The notes: generated from the letters alone by a model not told the origin. DNA of 63,804 bases, filler included, from Phoronis australis (GCA_002633005.1; 9 parts of 9 records of this genome joined end to end with filler, not necessarily neighbours in it), one strand, 5' to 3'. Numbered from the whole stretch's first letter, positions 11,218 to 26,986 are shown. Translations and numbers: made by a program.

Positions 11218-14200
11218 NNNNNNNNNNNNNNNNNNNNNNNNNNNNNNNNNNNNNNNNNNNNTTAATTAATTAANNNNNNNNNNNNNNNNNNNNNNNNNNN
11301 NNNNNNNNNNNNNNNNNGCGAGTATGCTCTGGAGTTTACTGGCCTATCCTGGCAAAATGGAGGCCAGTGATGTGATTGGTTGGCAAGGTTGGACTGTTGA
11401 ATTGTGGGGTTTAATTTACTTTTCTATTCTATACACAAGGATTCTTTGGCCACAAGTGCAAACTAATGTCTTGGGGTCTACACAGTAGGGATCTACAGAA
11501 GGCAACCCAGGTCTTCTTCAAGGTGCTAGTCAACAGTTTGACAATTCTTGTAAACCCATCACGTTAAAAGGGTACACACAAAGTAATTTGCAAAGCCAGG
11601 GATAACAAATTAAAAATGCAATGTTCGTTGTAGTATCCCTAATTAAACAGTCCCCAGACTCACAAATAAATTTATTGCCCAACTAAAAAGCCGTCTACAG
11701 ACAAGATGTAATGTTCCCAAATGAACATTGCCCGAAATAATCCCTGTATCTTTTCAGGCAATTTTTTTCTAGAAAAATGTTTGCATCTCAACACAAACTT
11801 GGGATTCTGAATTCCAACAAATTTTGCAAGATTATTACAAAAAAAATTACTCAAGAGTTACCCGAGTGTTTGGTTTCCTCAATAAAAGTTCCAAGCAAGA
11901 CTGTTCTTGACCTATGGCATCATTGTAGTCTACTCCGGTAAAAAAAATTCAATTCGGGGCAAAAATAATTGCTAAAATGACCATATTTCCATTGTACAGA
12001 GAGGCTTACCACATTGTTACAAATGCTCAAATTTTTACCAAATGTTGTTTAGTAATAGCTACACCATGCAAACCATATGCTAGAAAAGCAAAGTAAATAT
12101 TTTCAACAATAGTTGTTTTTGTTGAGAAATTTGATAAAATGAAATTTCAACTGTTCGCCACATTGTGTCCAAAAATGAGGAAGACACAAACGGCAGAAAA
12201 GGCGCAGATTGAGAAAAGGTCTACGACATAGGTCACTTTAATGTTGCTATGAGGAAAGAATATTGTAGACATGTACAAGATTTTACATGATTACCATCGG
12301 TCAAGGGGGAATAAACTGACCAGTTGCAGCTGCCACTGCTACAGGTCAGTTGTAAATAAAGTAACTAGAACACATCAACTCACTACCTAACTACAGTACT
12401 TGGATGGGTTAACAGCCATGTTACGGTTGACACCCATCCATAAGATTTCTTACAGTGCTGTAATTTTCAATAATGCTCAACTTAACACCAATCCCACTTC
12501 AATCAACACTTACTTAGACATGCTAGTGTCTTTATGAATGTTTTTGTCTCATGACAATTTTGTCTCTTATTATGCAACTCGCTTACGTTAAAATCTCACC
12601 AATATGGCAAATGTGAGAAATTTTATTTTTTCATTTTATCCATAAAAGATGCTTAGCACTACATCAATAGTTTTCAGTGTTCAAGTTCTGTACCACAGCC
12701 ATCACCAGAGCTATCAAAAACTTCTTTCTAATAAAACCACTTTCCACTGTCCACAGTTATGAAGTGATTGAGACTGTGCTTGATGTATCAAATGTGACAA
12801 GTCAACCTATCTAGCCAGATCCTAAGCAAAATGTGAATAGGCTAACTTTTTGATCATTCACACGACAGGTAGCACATATTGTAGTCGGGAGGGGTGGGGG
12901 GAAGGGGTAACAAAAAAAGAACTTTAGGAACAATCAATTTCACGAAAAATACTTGAGGAACTCCCATGACACCAGAAAAGGCCGTTTAGACAACTGTGTC
13001 ACTTAAGACAGCCACCCTTGTACAAGGTTGAGTTTATTGGACAAATGCCACATCTATCTCTCACTGAAAAATCTGAAGTTCTAAATTGACCATAGGTCAA
13101 GTGGTCATTCAGCAGGGATACTACACCCCAATGAGGTTCAATGTGGACATTAGAATTCACAAAAGATGCTCAATACAATAAATAAATAGGGTACTGTGAA
13201 TTAACCAATACAAACTACACAAAAGATGGTGGCAGGTTAAACATGAATTCAGAAGTTCAGCCACATTGCCACCTATAGTCACCTGGGAGCATTTGTGAGT
13301 CACTCCTGAATCTGTGCGAAGTTCAAGTCATCTAAAACATGCACAAGATTGTGAAGAAGATATGTTCACGAATAATATCAAATTATACGCAAACAGCAAA
13401 AATTTTTAATGTAGGACAAACATTCTCGACTTCACTTATCCATTTTTCTAATTTTGATTGACATAACTTTTTAAATGTCCAAGTGTCCTCATAATTGCTT
13501 TGAAAACAATTGAAACTACAGCATATATGCTGTAAATTCTTCTAAAAATGGAGTTAGTGAATCAGCCATCACTTCCAGGGCTCACACACACTGCACAACC
13601 AACAGTAAAGGCAACACTGATCACTTACAATAACAACTGTGCGAAATTCACATAAATGTTTTGTCAAGCTGAAGTTCAACAAAAACTATACATACGAAAC
13701 ATACATACGAAACTTACATAGGCCTACGAAACATACCCTGGGGTGGAAGCAGGCCCAGACAGTTTACTACCTCAGACAAACAGCTGAAGTCTCTTAGTGA
13801 CAAAAACACCTACTCACAAAGAACATTCTGAATCACAAATTAAGTCTAAATCTGTAGAAATAGCAAACCAATTAAGCCAAACTCCTTCTTTCAAAATTCC
13901 ACCCCTTACCTAGATGTCAGCCATAATACCTGTATCTGTGACTAACACTCACAACCCCTTTCAAGTCAGGCTCACTAATGAATTAATCATAAATCCAAAA
14001 TTAAACTTACATCTTTTTTCCCTTGTTCTAATTTCATTGTCTTTTACAAGTCACGCTGTTTACAAATGTTGGAACATCAAACCTTTGAACAATCACTGAC
14101 AAACTGTTCACCCTCAGTAATTCTCAAAATAGCCTAAACATAACTTAATTGACAGAACAAGAAGCACATGTTACTGCTAGCTAACTTAAGTTGTGATTAA

Positions 14201-14881
14201 GCAATAATTTGTGCTGGCTTTTAGCCAAACTGGATTAGACATTCAAAACACTTTAATTACAACCACCTTGAAGTAACAGGGTTCCAATACTTACAAGAAA
14301 TACTTCATCATGGTGTTGTGTTCGGTCCAGCAATAAAATTAAGACATGTTTCAAAATCTATGACCTTGTATTTATAACAGCTGGAATGCCAGTGACAATG
14401 AAGCACACCTATGTGCTGTAAAATTCAATCTAAATCCAGGTCAAAACCAGAGAGGTGTTTATGTGCTGTTCACTCCCTTGTAAACATTCAACTGCTGGAT
14501 ATTTATGGATATATAATAACACTGGGGAGTGTTGACAAAAGTCACATGGTCTCTTTCAATGGGACTCAAGCAATAAACTGAAGCTGGGCTATCCACGTGT
14601 TTTTCTAATACTTGGTCTGGGGCCTTATTAACTACTGGGCACCAATTTCAGTGTAGCCCAGTGTCCTGGATTGAAAAAAAATGAGCTACGCCCCCACACC
14701 ACAGGCCTAAAAGTTTCGCATCCTGGTCCAAAAAATGGCAAAGTTATAATACAAAGTCAATGGTTAACTGACAAGAACAATGAATGATGATATGCTATTG
14801 GGAGTCAAGAGTACAACTCTAACAAAATTCATAAGATATCCAAGATATCAGAAGACCACAATTTTAAGGCGTAGGGCTTTG

Positions 14882-15372
14882 TGTTTTGCACAGTTCCCTC
14901 AACTTTTAATCAAAGAGAGTAGCACATACATTTCTCTAACCATTTTAAAATAATTCTGAATAATAAAAAAAAATATAAAAAAATGACAAGTGTATTTGAA
15001 ACAGTTGTATTATACAAGATTTTCAGATTCATTTTTGTATTAGCAGCTATACCCCTTGGCATTATAAAAAACAGACGTAACAGCAATTCTCCTAACTTCA
15101 ACAGTCAATAAATGACTTGCACGAGGGTACTGCGACCAAGTTAGATATAAGTCGAAGTTGATCCAAGCATACCATTAGCGCCTCCTTATGTCAACCGGGT
15201 TCGCATTAAACATGGCGTAAACCGGCTTAAGGCACACGCTGCCTTATAATTATTGTGCAATTATTACGATACGTAATACATCGAAAGAAGTTGGTGTTCA
15301 AGGCATTCAGAAAATGTTTGGACTTGCAACAAAAACACTACTTTAATAAAGTTGAGGGATCTGTGCAAAACA
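14882..15372. mobile_element. MITE-like element with about 25-bp inverted ends
   Basis: TGTTTTGCACAGTTCCCTCAACTTT ... AAAGTTGAGGGATCTGTGCAAAACA (one mismatch). Confidence 0.6.
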
Positions 15373-18300
15373 TTAATCATTCTCATCTGAGGCGCTAAAT
15401 TACGCATCACGCTCTCTATGCAAACGTTCGGAATTTGACCACAGTCAACTAATTCGAAACTGTGTGTTAGTTAGAGTGCGCAGGTTCTGCATTTCGTGAC
15501 AACAGAATTCTTTGCAAAGTGTTACGCGTTCCCCGAGTCATTCGTTAAAACATCTGAAGCATTAAAAAACAAAGCCTGGCCGAATATTCTCCGTCTGGAA
15601 AACAAAAACTATTTTCAGCACAATGTTAAAAAAATAAAAATGATAACCAGAAAACGTGGAAATGCCCTCATGCCTGCACCGGAAACAGTATGCTACTAGG
15701 GGTGTTTAATGTTAGTATCATGAAAATAGCCACCAGGTAGCACAGAATATGTCGAACCCGTCCAAAACTAGGAAGGCATGGTCTCCATAATGGAAACTTA
15801 TTTGTCACATAACATGAAGTCTGAAGACGGAGAATCAAGCATATAAAATAAACTTGCTACTAACGGGCAAAGTAGTATTCAAACTTCTTTGAAAGTTGTT
15901 GCTATCTGCTGCCATGGTCATAGGAACACATTAGCCAAATCTCAAAAAATCCTCCATGGGGTTTAAGAGATACAGGGTGATGCAACAAAAGAAATACAAA
16001 TTGCCTCAAGGGTTGCCACAGTAGGTGGACATACCTGAAAATCAACACCAGCCCTGGTTTTCTCAACAAGAAGACATTTACAATTTCAATACCATTATCT
16101 TTCGAGCAGTTTAGTGCATACAATGGCAGACACCAAAAATAGACTTGTAAATAGTAAAAATGGCCACTGGAATGGCGTATAAAATACTAAAATTGTCACG
16201 AGGAGGCAGATCCGTCATCATCACCATAGCAACATATCTGCCAAGTTTCAGGAAAATCTTCCACGGGGTTTGGAGATACAGCCAAGGACGCTGGAGACCT
16301 GGACAGAGATGATGGCAATATAGGGTGCACCACATATATGTAAGTGGCCGTGTAAAAATACAACTGGCATTTTCAATTCTTGTGGCTAATTAATATTAGT
16401 GCCAATCATCAATAATAAAATGTAGTTGTCGATCCTTCCAGGAAAGTTAATTGTAAATCGAATTGAACCTGCACAGAGAACAAAGAAGCATTCAGTAGGC
16501 TATGCCCCTCACTGAAAAAACAAGGCAGTGTTCGGTTCAGTGTCGTCTTCTTGAGATGGGAGTTGGTGATTTAAGGCGAGATCTCGTGAAAAAGCAAGAG
16601 ACTACAGTTCCCGCCAATCCACAGTAACATTTTCCAATCAAGGGTGTGATGCCTCCGAAAGTCCAGGAGTTTAGTTTTTTATCTTCCAGCAGACCAGATT
16701 CAATTCGATTTAAAACGCTAATCACCAATGCCTTGTAGCGCTTAAAATAAAACATATCACAAATCAGCTTCACACATCATGTTTGGACATCCGCATTGTA
16801 TCCTAGAACCATTTTAACTTCAAATTGCTACTCAAAACATTTCATTTGTGCCCAAAACAGTCAACCTCAATGCACCAAATACTACTTGAATTGTTGTGAA
16901 GTTCAACTGCAGCTTGGGACAATGTATTTTTTGTAGGAATAACTCTTATCGCATGTCGGCCAGAAACTTCAGATTAAAGAATGCCGCCATGGAAATTAAC
17001 TGAATACTGCATGACCTCAAGAATCTAGATTACAATCAGAATTTGAAATAATTGGAAACAGTTGTTTCCATTTGTCAGTGGCGTACAAGGTCTACCACCA
17101 TTCTTAATTACCACAAAAACAGACCTTTAACTGTGTTAATTATAATATTTTTACTATCCAACACAAGAATTAACATAAATGAAAATGACTATCGCAGTTA
17201 TGATAGATTAAAAAAGTAATCACTTTCAATACATTACAAGAAAAGTACCATATGCACAAAAGAAAATTCTCCAATTCAGGAGTCTCTAAAATTTCAGACA
17301 TCAATTTGAAGTCAAAATTGAGTTGAAGATTGCGACACAGGCCACTATGGTTCTCATCCTATTTCTCAAATATCAGACAAAAAGTATAATTGGTGACCTT
17401 GAACTTGGAGTGGCCAATACTGCCTCTTTCTAAAACAAAATTGCCACAAAAGTGATGGGTGGGGGGGGGGGGGNGGGGGGGGGGGGGGGGTGTAGTAGTC
17501 AGGTACAACCCCACATCAACATCAGCCATAGTCTTCTCGACACATCTGTCTACTTTCATAATGGTCCTTTGAGCAGCTTTGCGGATACAGAGGTGAATGC
17601 TAAATGGACTTGAAAATAAAAAATGGTAACTAGGTGTAGCAGCAAACGTCAAATCCATCTTAACCATATCCCAAACCTTATTCACAAAAATTGGCCATTT
17701 TTACAACATTTCAAATAAGTCTACCAAAATACCTTATCTTCATTCTTGGGGAACGTCAAATACGAAATATATACCATGTAGCAAGAAAAAAAGATTTGGC
17801 AGGGCCCGCACCTCGGAACTGCACAACCGCGTGGAGATTTGTTTACTACTTATGCAAAGTCAAAGATTTCGGGACTGTCGTTCAAATCGAATCTCCCACC
17901 ACGCACAGAACAGCTCTGTATGTACCTTCACTCCTTTCAGTCACCAAGTTGACATAATGTTGCGTCAACGATGTGTACATATGATAGCAAGATGCTGGGG
18001 AAAATGAAGACAAAGCGTAGCTTTGATCCTGAGAGAGTTGTATCTGCATGCATACGACTGTTGCGAATGAATGCAACAAGTCGCCTCACGCCTTAGTAGT
18101 GACTTAGTATTCATGAACACAAATTCTTTTTAAGTCGGGTAATTTGACATTTCACTGTTTCGATCTCATGCTCACGACGCGCTTTTAACCACTGACCGAT
18201 TTATGTATCAATTTTGTACTTGGTTTTCATATCAGTCCCTCAGCACGTGATGTGTCTAACAATGAACTGTTGACCTACTTTAAAGTGGACCACAATGCAC

Positions 18301-19661
18301 CAGCTTGGCCCACTCAATATGTTGACTTCGCCTGCATGCCCCAGTTGGATTCGACACATAATGATAAAACGTTTTGTGATAATTAAGTTAATTACGCACT
18401 GCAAATTCAGATGACATTGCACGTGAATGTTGAAATAATGAATGTGGCTAATGGGTGTATAGGTTATATTGACCAAAAGCAAGTTTTCACCCAAAAATTA
18501 AATGAAGTCCTTCAGATTTTGATGCCTTGCCACATAAATCAGCTTTTTCTCGGCTTCAGCAAATCGACTTGATTTGAACTTAGGAACACGAGTTCTCAAA
18601 ATGGTTTGGTGGATTTCACCGAAACTTTCCATACTTTCCATTTATTCATTTTCGATACAAATGTCTAGTTTTAGCATAATGTAAGAAAGACGAATACAAC
18701 TTCTATTTTTTGCGAACTTATGTGTCATAGAAATCAAACAAAAAGGCTATTAAAAAATTCTTAACAGCGTTTTAGAGGTAACTGGCGAAGTTTTTATAAA
18801 AAGTTTCATTAAAATCGACTGAGGAGTTATTTTTCTATCAATGTACCTTTCTTAAACATGGAATTTTGACTTAAAAAAGGTGTTTACATAAAAACAATGA
18901 CACATAAATATAAAACAGATTTTTCGTATTCCCTGATCTTTTTTCTTTCAGAAAATATACACTTTTACACGTTGGCAGCTTAGTTTTTTTATAAACGAGT
19001 TAGAATGAAGGCCACTAAATAAGGTTTGAGATAACCCTAAAATGAGAAGGCGCCTTTGTCACCTTAATAGAAACCTATTAGCTAATTTCATGAAAATCCA
19101 TCAAGAAACTCTTAAGATATAAAGGCAGATAAAAACTAAAATTGCCACTAGGAAGCACAGCGGTAGCTGGATCACTCCGAAACTTTTGGACATCTGTCAC
19201 CAGCATTATAGGAACATCTGCTGAATCTCATTAAGATCCCCATTTAAGTATGGGATCCGCTTTTTTCTACAACTATACAATGTGACAAATCCATGTGTTA
19301 CTGTACCTTTTTAAAATTTAAGAATGATACAGCAGCCAGTTGAATGAGAGCATGCTTAAAGTTGTTAACCCTTAGAACCACATTAGTTTAGGAATGCACT
19401 TCTTCTAAGAATGTGCATGCCCATTATTTAGTTGGCACTGGCACTGTAGTTATAGTAACAGAAATCTAATGCATAGTGGTGTCTTGGTTGCCCGTTATTC
19501 TGTTGATGGAATGCAGGAGTGACGATCTGAAGACTAGGGTTTCCCCTGTGTGTAAACTTCTGGGCGGCCCGCCACGCTCCTTTTTGGCCCCGCCACTCGT
19601 AAGTCATACTCAAACTGACCGCCCCACACCTAATCGTGACGGGGAAACTTCAGTGCCACGC

Positions 19662-19775
19662 AAAAATCGCTAGTAAAAATGGGCGCTAGTAAAAATGATG
19701 GCTAGTAAAAATGAACGCTACTACAATGATCTCCAGTAAAATGATCGCTAATAAAAATGATCTCTCGTAATAATG
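19662..19775. repeat. Degenerate ~16-bp tandem repeat (AAAAATGATCGCTAGT-like, about 7 units)
   Basis: Visible periodicity. Confidence 0.7.
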
Positions 19776-22189
19776 AATAAGCACAAGTCACAAGGCACCT
19801 TTCGCCGTTTGAGTGGATCGAACGGGAAAAATAATAATTTTACAATGGGCTCTTGAATTGTGACCCCGTTTAACACAATCATTCAATCCCCTTTCATACC
19901 TCATCTCTGCCTGGTTATCCGACAATGCACTTACACGTAATACAGCCGGGGACCAGGCCATGACCTCAATCCGAATTTTCTAAAATCATGGTGAAGCGCC
20001 AGGGCTTGTTAATGAGGTAAGGAACAGTAAGCTTTCTCCTTCATTCATTTTATCGTGTCCAAGTTTACAAAAGATATTGTGAATTATACTGCAGGGCGTG
20101 ACATTCAACTGTTTAATCAACCGTAGACCTGCGCTAAAATGACAATATTGAATGGAAACCAGTCTAAGATTCGTCTGCATGGACTGGATTATACATCGTC
20201 TGCTACGCTGGCCAATGTCAATCCACTATAACTGATTTATGTTTAGCAAGACGACATCAACGGAAGTTTCGTTATACGAATTAGTTTATTACGTCTAAAA
20301 AGTTCAAATATTTTTTGTTGTATGTTCGTCACGTCGTGGATAACTGAATGTTAACACTTTGTTTTGTACTCAAGTGCGTCTACAAGTATGTCTCAACAGA
20401 CATCACACTATGATCTATGCCGGACACTTCACTGCCAATTTGTCTTGCGAAGTATCCTTTACCCAGATACTTCCACTACATGATGCCGGGGTTAAGGTCC
20501 TGTCTATGTTGAGTAAACTTGTATAATGCACCAAACTGCACCCAATTACATTTAGTTTTTCAAATTTTGCCTGGGGAAGGTCTCCCAACAACCCCCCTTC
20601 CCGATGGGAGGATCTCAATTCATCCCATATTCGCATGTGGCGCCGGGTTCCGCATCCGTGTCGAGCCATAGGCGGATTTAGAGGGGGCGAGGCGAGAGGG
20701 CCCGGGCCATCTCCCCCTTGGCTGCCGCAAAAAAAATTAACCCCGGTAATTAAAATTATACGGCTGAAACAAGATTTAAATGTATGCAGTTTTAGTGTTT
20801 GGGGGGGTCAGATCCAATTTTAAGTGTCAAATTCGGAACACGGCACAATGGTAATGGAACTATCGCTAAGTATAGGCTCTCGCGCGATATCTCAGGCAAC
20901 CGGCAGTGGTGCTGGGCACAGCGACTTCGTTTTCGTCGTCTGCTCCACTGTGCAAACTAGGTCATCGCTTATGGACCAGTTAGCGCTTCACACTCCACGT
21001 GTCTACTTGAGAGAAGCACCAGGAAGGTTGTTCTACATTTTGTAGCCCAAAATTACCAAAGTTCAAATATATTCCGTTAAAAGGAAAGACAAAACATATT
21101 ATTCCAGATGTCTGGCCAATACCAACAGTCACCACTCGTAAGCAAGTCAAAGCTGTCCTTTTTACTCGTTGCCTTATCTCGTACTACCTCAATCGACTAG
21201 TTTTTCGCAATGCAACAATACAATTCTCATAAATTCAACTTGTAATGACTCCTTTCAATTTTAAACCATGCCCGAAGTACTCGGACACGAATTATTATTA
21301 GGTTCAAAGACGTTTTTTCTCTGAAGGGGATCATAAACTGCTCAGGTGAGTTTCCTGACATAGCTACTTGGTTTCAGTGCCTAATTTTAGCTCCCATAGG
21401 CCAGTCAAGGGCCAATCCCTACTATACGCACTACTAAGACTCTTGGAATCAAACTGTTATATATAAAGCAAACGTTTATTAGTATACTGGTGTGAATATT
21501 ATCAGTGATTTAACCAAAACTTCGAATTAACTAGACCCACTGATGATAGTCTATGATAAAATAAACTGATATCAAAAGGCCAAAATTGGCAATTTTCGGC
21601 CACCCCGTCTTAACTACAAAATTTTGTCTAATTTTGTTCAAACTCCTACATTTCAATCTTGATTATACTCATCTGTTGGGTCTATCGGCAAGTAACCGCA
21701 CATGAAAGGCTTGGTCGAAAATTATCATTTTCTCACATGCACTTTCGGGTTTTCAGCGGCGATTCCACTGATCGAAGCGACAAAATAAGCCGAAACTTTG
21801 GCCATACCATGTTAAACATATTTTTTTTCCAATTTTGCTGAAACTTGGCCACGTTTTTAATAAAATACTTATCTATGTTATGTGCTATCGGCAAATGTGA
21901 TTGGTTCATAAATAATACCTACACGCTGTGTTTTCTGTGAATCCCATGTATCCTGGAAGGGGCTGACTGAGTGATTTTCGCGCATGCGCAGTTCACAGTT
22001 TCATTATTGCTGGTAATGGTCTTTTGGACAATTGAAGACCATTTTAAATACAACAAATTTGTTAAGAACTGATTGCACAAAATATAAAACATGTAACAAG
22101 CATTACAAAAAGGTTTCACGAGCAAACCCTGTGGACCATAAACAAGTAGGTCTTTTAATATTAAATTGTGAGTTAAATGGTGGTGGTGT

Positions 22190-22245
22190 AGTGGTAAAGT
22201 ACACACGCTGTATCTGCCAGGTCATGAGTTCGAGTCTGTGGCGTT
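22190..22245 (+). mobile_element. Degenerate tRNA-derived SINE head
   Basis: A-box-like TGGTGTAGTGG and B-box-like GAGTTCGAGTC at tRNA-like spacing. No convincing cloverleaf. Confidence 0.4.
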
Positions 22246-25244
22246 TGCAGTTTTTCTTGTTTGACACTTTCTCTGTTTCTTATTTGCCTTTTTTCTTTGA
22301 TATACTTTGGGAATCAAGGAAAATGCTTGATTTTTAGAGGAAAAAACAGAAAAATTTCCTGGGTGGGAAACCTCCCCTCATTCTGTGCTATGCGCATCTA
22401 CATTCGTGCTCTGAGTAAATGTTTGCAGACAAAATGTCGGGCCCCACCCTTGTGATATCTTACATCCGCCAATGCGAGCATTCATCACCACGTTCCTTTT
22501 GAAACCCAGGCAATAGGGGGATCCCACTTCTCATATTCACGTGTGGCAACGGGCTTTCCACCCCGTTTTGGCCATTCACTACCACGCTCCTTTCAAAACC
22601 CAGGGGAAACCCTGCACCATTTGTATCTGATACACTCAGTGTCACTTTCCTTACTAAATAACATAAGATTACAATTGTGGAAAGTCAACAGGTTTTCTCA
22701 ATACTATTCCTATTGAGAAAGGCTCATAAAATCGGATCCCGGGCCAACCTCATTGTGTCATCCTTACAGAACTCTCTACCTCTGCAGAAATCAGCAAGAA
22801 CGTTGTCCAGTCGCTTTTAATACAAGTATCATTGGTTTATCATCTTTTTACTACCTTACCACTGTCAAAGTTAGCACTGGCAACAAAACCTCAACAGACT
22901 GTTTTACAGTAAAACTCCTCCCCAGAAATTGTCTGATTGTGTTCCTAAGTTAGGTACAGTTGTAACTAATTTGCAAACACAGAAGCCAATAAGAATACAG
23001 ACTAGCCAATTTGTTCCAATAGTCACAGGTGACATATGGAGATCTACACAAAACAGGTAGAAGCACTTTTTGACAATACCTTTGTCCCTGGGACTCAACT
23101 TGTTTTCAATATGTAACGTAGTTAAAACTCCATGATACCTTATCAATAGTCACAGTAATGTGATAAAAGATTATCACTAGGAAAACACAATCTCAAACTA
23201 AATTTTTTGAACAAAAGGGAACAAGGGGCACTTTTTTCAAAGGTCACAACACGGTGGTAACTTTGATTATAATTTTTATACAGGTCATTAACATGACTCA
23301 TGAAGACGGTCATTACGCATGGATACAAAAAAATCATCAACTTTAAGCGTCAGTTGCAACATTTTCTTTTAAAAAATGCAGCGCCGCATTTGCAATAATC
23401 TACCCAAGACCGTCTTACATATGACCGGGGTTACAACATTTGATAAAACAGTCATCATTTTAGAAACGAGAGTATTCGGTAATTCACCCACACCGGGGTT
23501 ATGCCTACGGGCACTTATATTATAGGACTAATGGGCCATGTTAGTATTTTGTCCTTTTTCGCTTCCAATTTGTAAAATGGGCCGTTGGCCCGAGTTGAGC
23601 AACCACAGCACGTCAATGAAATTATTTTAGCGCCAATGACATAAAATGGGCCTCAAATGCNNNNNNNNNNNNNNNNNNNNNNNNNNNNNNNNNNNNNNNN
23701 NNNNTTAATTAATTAANNNNNNNNNNNNNNNNNNNNNNNNNNNNNNNNNNNNNNNNNNNNCTCAAAAAACTTTGTCTGCAACAGCTCAGTAAGTAACAAA
23801 GCTTTTAGGAAATGTGCTTCAAGAAAAAAATGCCAGCCTGCTAAGGCTATTTTTGCACAATTTTGCTGTTCTTCCTTTAAGCTAATCTGACAGCTTGTAG
23901 ACAATGGACTAAGGTAACATAACACACACAGTAACAAGCTACATGTTAAGTCCATTTCCTGTTGATGAATCCATTCGAGCAGGCCACTGCTGAAGAACAT
24001 GGTTTGCTAATGTCGACTTCAGGGTTCAACTCATTTCATGTTTTTTACTTTGGCAAGTTAATACTAAAAATTTGACACATATTTATAGGGACAAAATGAG
24101 CTGAACAATTGTTTCTGCTATTAAATCTCCCCTGCAATGTTGTTTTACTTTAATTATATTTTCAGTTCAAAACACAGTTGCACAGGGCTTCGAAGGTATG
24201 ATTATATGCGAACTAAGAAAAATACAAACAATTATTTTTTCATTTAAAAAATCATCAACGACCATCCACTCCTTTTCAGAAATTTTGGCCAGGAATTCAA
24301 ATAAATTCCATCATTGAAAGCTCAAAAGGCCAAAAATAACATAATTGGTCCGGTCATTTTGAAAACTGCAGTTAAATGCTACACAATACACGGGCACGGC
24401 GCCCCACTATCGTCCATCAGCAAGATGGCGGACCACTTCGCACAACGAAAACCACGTGATGTTAACTATAGTTATATTTATCTCATTGGTTTCGGGCCAC
24501 TGCTTAACACGTGATAAAACTTCACAAAGCACATAAAAATGGCGGGAAAATTTTGCGACCTGGCATTTATGAATGCGAGCTGGATTTTGAAAATGCGACC
24601 TGGGATTTTGGCTAGGTCGCAAAATGCGACCTGGCGATTTTAATAGCGTCGAGCCCTGGTACTTATGTGAGCTTGTGTATTAATCAGAATGCTTACGCCA
24701 ATAAGAAATTGAAAGACTGTGTGTGGCAGATATTATTGCCACCTACCCTTGTGAGCCACCCTGAGCATACACAGGTAGACATGCACTACTGCGTATGTGC
24801 CTGTTTTTTAAAAGAAACATTTTTGGCAAAATTGTTGAGGCTACACTTGCATTTCCGATTTTTGCTGTCGCGCTGTCCAGGCCATTACAGTTGTGAACTG
24901 ATAAATTTGTTTCTCCTTTTACATACAGTGTGATCTGTATAACAAGTTTTAATTCATGCATGTTGATCCAGAAAAATGTCTGGGTGTGCATGTATATGTG
25001 CGCGTGTTTAATGACCGATTCAAATTCACAATGCATCAGTGATATAGTTGGCGATCTGATTACAACATTGTGCACAACTTTTAGTAGACTACTGTCTTGG
25101 ACTGAAATAGCATAGGTTGTCAGAAGTGGGAACGACCATTTCTCTAAAAGTTCGTACACTTTAATACTCAGTCTACAGCACCTTTAAATGATGGTATTTC
25201 TCTCTAATAGTTCGTACAGTAAATGTCTGTAGAAAATATGGTGA

Positions 25245-26329
25245 CTAGTATACTGCATAAGGAATCACTACTTGGCAAGCATTTCAGAGAGGATTTATAT
25301 AACTCTGTGTCACACCTGGAAGTCGCATGTCATAACATCAGTCAGTCATTTGGTTGCTAGAGAAAGAACACAAATTTTTACAACAAAATCATTAATATTT
25401 CCATCAATATTCATGCATGCACTCAGGGGAGGGGCTCGGGGGGTTCAAACGAGCCCCCCATTTAACGAAGTGGGCAAAAAGGTCCGCCTCAGAGAGACAA
25501 AAAGTCTGAGAAAATGAGGCATAAGTCATTAAACATGCGCAAACGCGCAATTCACAGTGGTGCTCCCATTTTTTTTAATCCGCCCGATTTTTTGTTACCA
25601 ACTTGTTACACACAATACAATGTTATTTCAGCATCTTTAAGTTGCAAAATTATAACAAACAAAAACACCGAAGATCTACACTGCGCCAGAGCTGGTAGCC
25701 AGCGATTCTTCTAATCTTTTAGAAATTGCTTGTGGATGCCACATATCCCAATAGTTACTCATTTCAAAATACAGTGAATAACATGGNCTAGTATACTGCA
25801 TAAGGAATCACTACTTGGCAAGCATTTCAGAGAGGATTTATATAACTCTGTGTCACACCTGGAAGTCGCATGTCATAACATCAGTCAGTCATTTGGTTGC
25901 TAGAGAAAGAACACAAATTTTTACAACAAAATCATTAATATTTCCATCAATATTCATGCATGCACTCAGGGGAGGGGCTCGGGGGGTTCAAACGAGCCCC
26001 CCATTTAACGAAGTGGGCAAAAAGGTCCGCCTCAGAGAGACAAAAAGTCTGAGAAAATGAGGCATAAGTCATTAAACATGCGCAAACGCGCAATTCACAG
26101 TGGTGCTCCCAGTTTTTTTAATCCGCCCGATTTTTTGTTACCAACTTGTTACACACAATACAATGTTATTTCAGCATCTTTAAGTTGCAAAATTATAACA
26201 AACAAAAACACCGAAGATTTACACTGCGCCAGAGCTGGTAGCCAGCGATTCTTCTAATCTTTTAGAAATTGCTTGTGGATGCCACATATCCCAATAGTTA
26301 CTCATTTCAAAATACAGTGAATAACATGG
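25245..26329. repeat. 542-bp direct duplication separated by one N (probable assembly artefact)
   Basis: 25245-25786 and 25788-26329 differ at only about two positions by eye. N at 25787. Confidence 0.85.
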
Positions 26330-26359
26330 AGATGGAATGAAGTATGAATATAGAAGCAG

Positions 26360-26775
26360 CTAGTTATAATTAACACATGCCAGCATTCTAGACAATTTAG
26401 TCACCATAACTTTAACATATCCATGAAAATCTGTCAAGCTTCCCTCGCCAGGTGCCATTTTGATGAATTTACGCGAAATCATGCCAGCTGACCACCAAAA
26501 AAGTCCAGAAGACACAAATCTTACAGTTTCACCAGATATTCTCCCATGCCATGGTACTTTTTACACAAGTGTCGGCCGCCAGGGCACATGCTCTGCTCAG
26601 TCTCTTGTTGCGGTCTAACACAAGTGACATCAATAGACCTACTTTATGGTAAACAGCAAGCAAAAAAGTGGAGTAGGAATTCTTCGCTAAAGTCATGCGC
26701 AGACATTCTTCATTGAGGATATAGAACATTATATTATAGAAGAACCAGAATTTCAGAAAGGGTCACTGAAGACAA
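26360..26775. repeat. Interspersed repeat, diverged homolog of about 49610-50040
   Basis: Collinear shared blocks ATAATTAACACA, CCAGGTGCCATTTTGA, GACACAAATCTTA and GGAATTCTTC. Confidence 0.6.
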
Positions 26776-26986
26776 GCACTTAGTGACAATTGACGAGGAA
26801 AAAATCTATTACTTCGTGATTGGATTTGGACTACCGCCCACTTAAAATACACGGGGATGAAATTAGTACAGAGAGCAACGGGGAGTATTGCACTATTCAG
26901 GCTATTGTCAGTAATTGTACCACACACATTGAATTAGTTGTAGCCTCTAGCGGCTCTAGCCGAGGGGCTACGGTGTTGCCTCTCAC

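Noticed and set aside
11262-11273. Recurrent TTAATTAATTAA as a biological motif
   Set aside because: It is always centred in 44+44 Ns, so it is an artificial linker.
11318-23660. Coding genes in this 12-kb scaffold
   Set aside because: None of the short ORFs shows a motif I recognise. A promoter-like ACTACAGTTCCC near 16597 is not enough on its own.
25245-26329. Real tandem duplication with duplicated 81-aa and 66-aa ORFs
   Set aside because: Near-identical copies joined by one N suggest unmerged haplotype overlap, and the ORFs run through a MITE.
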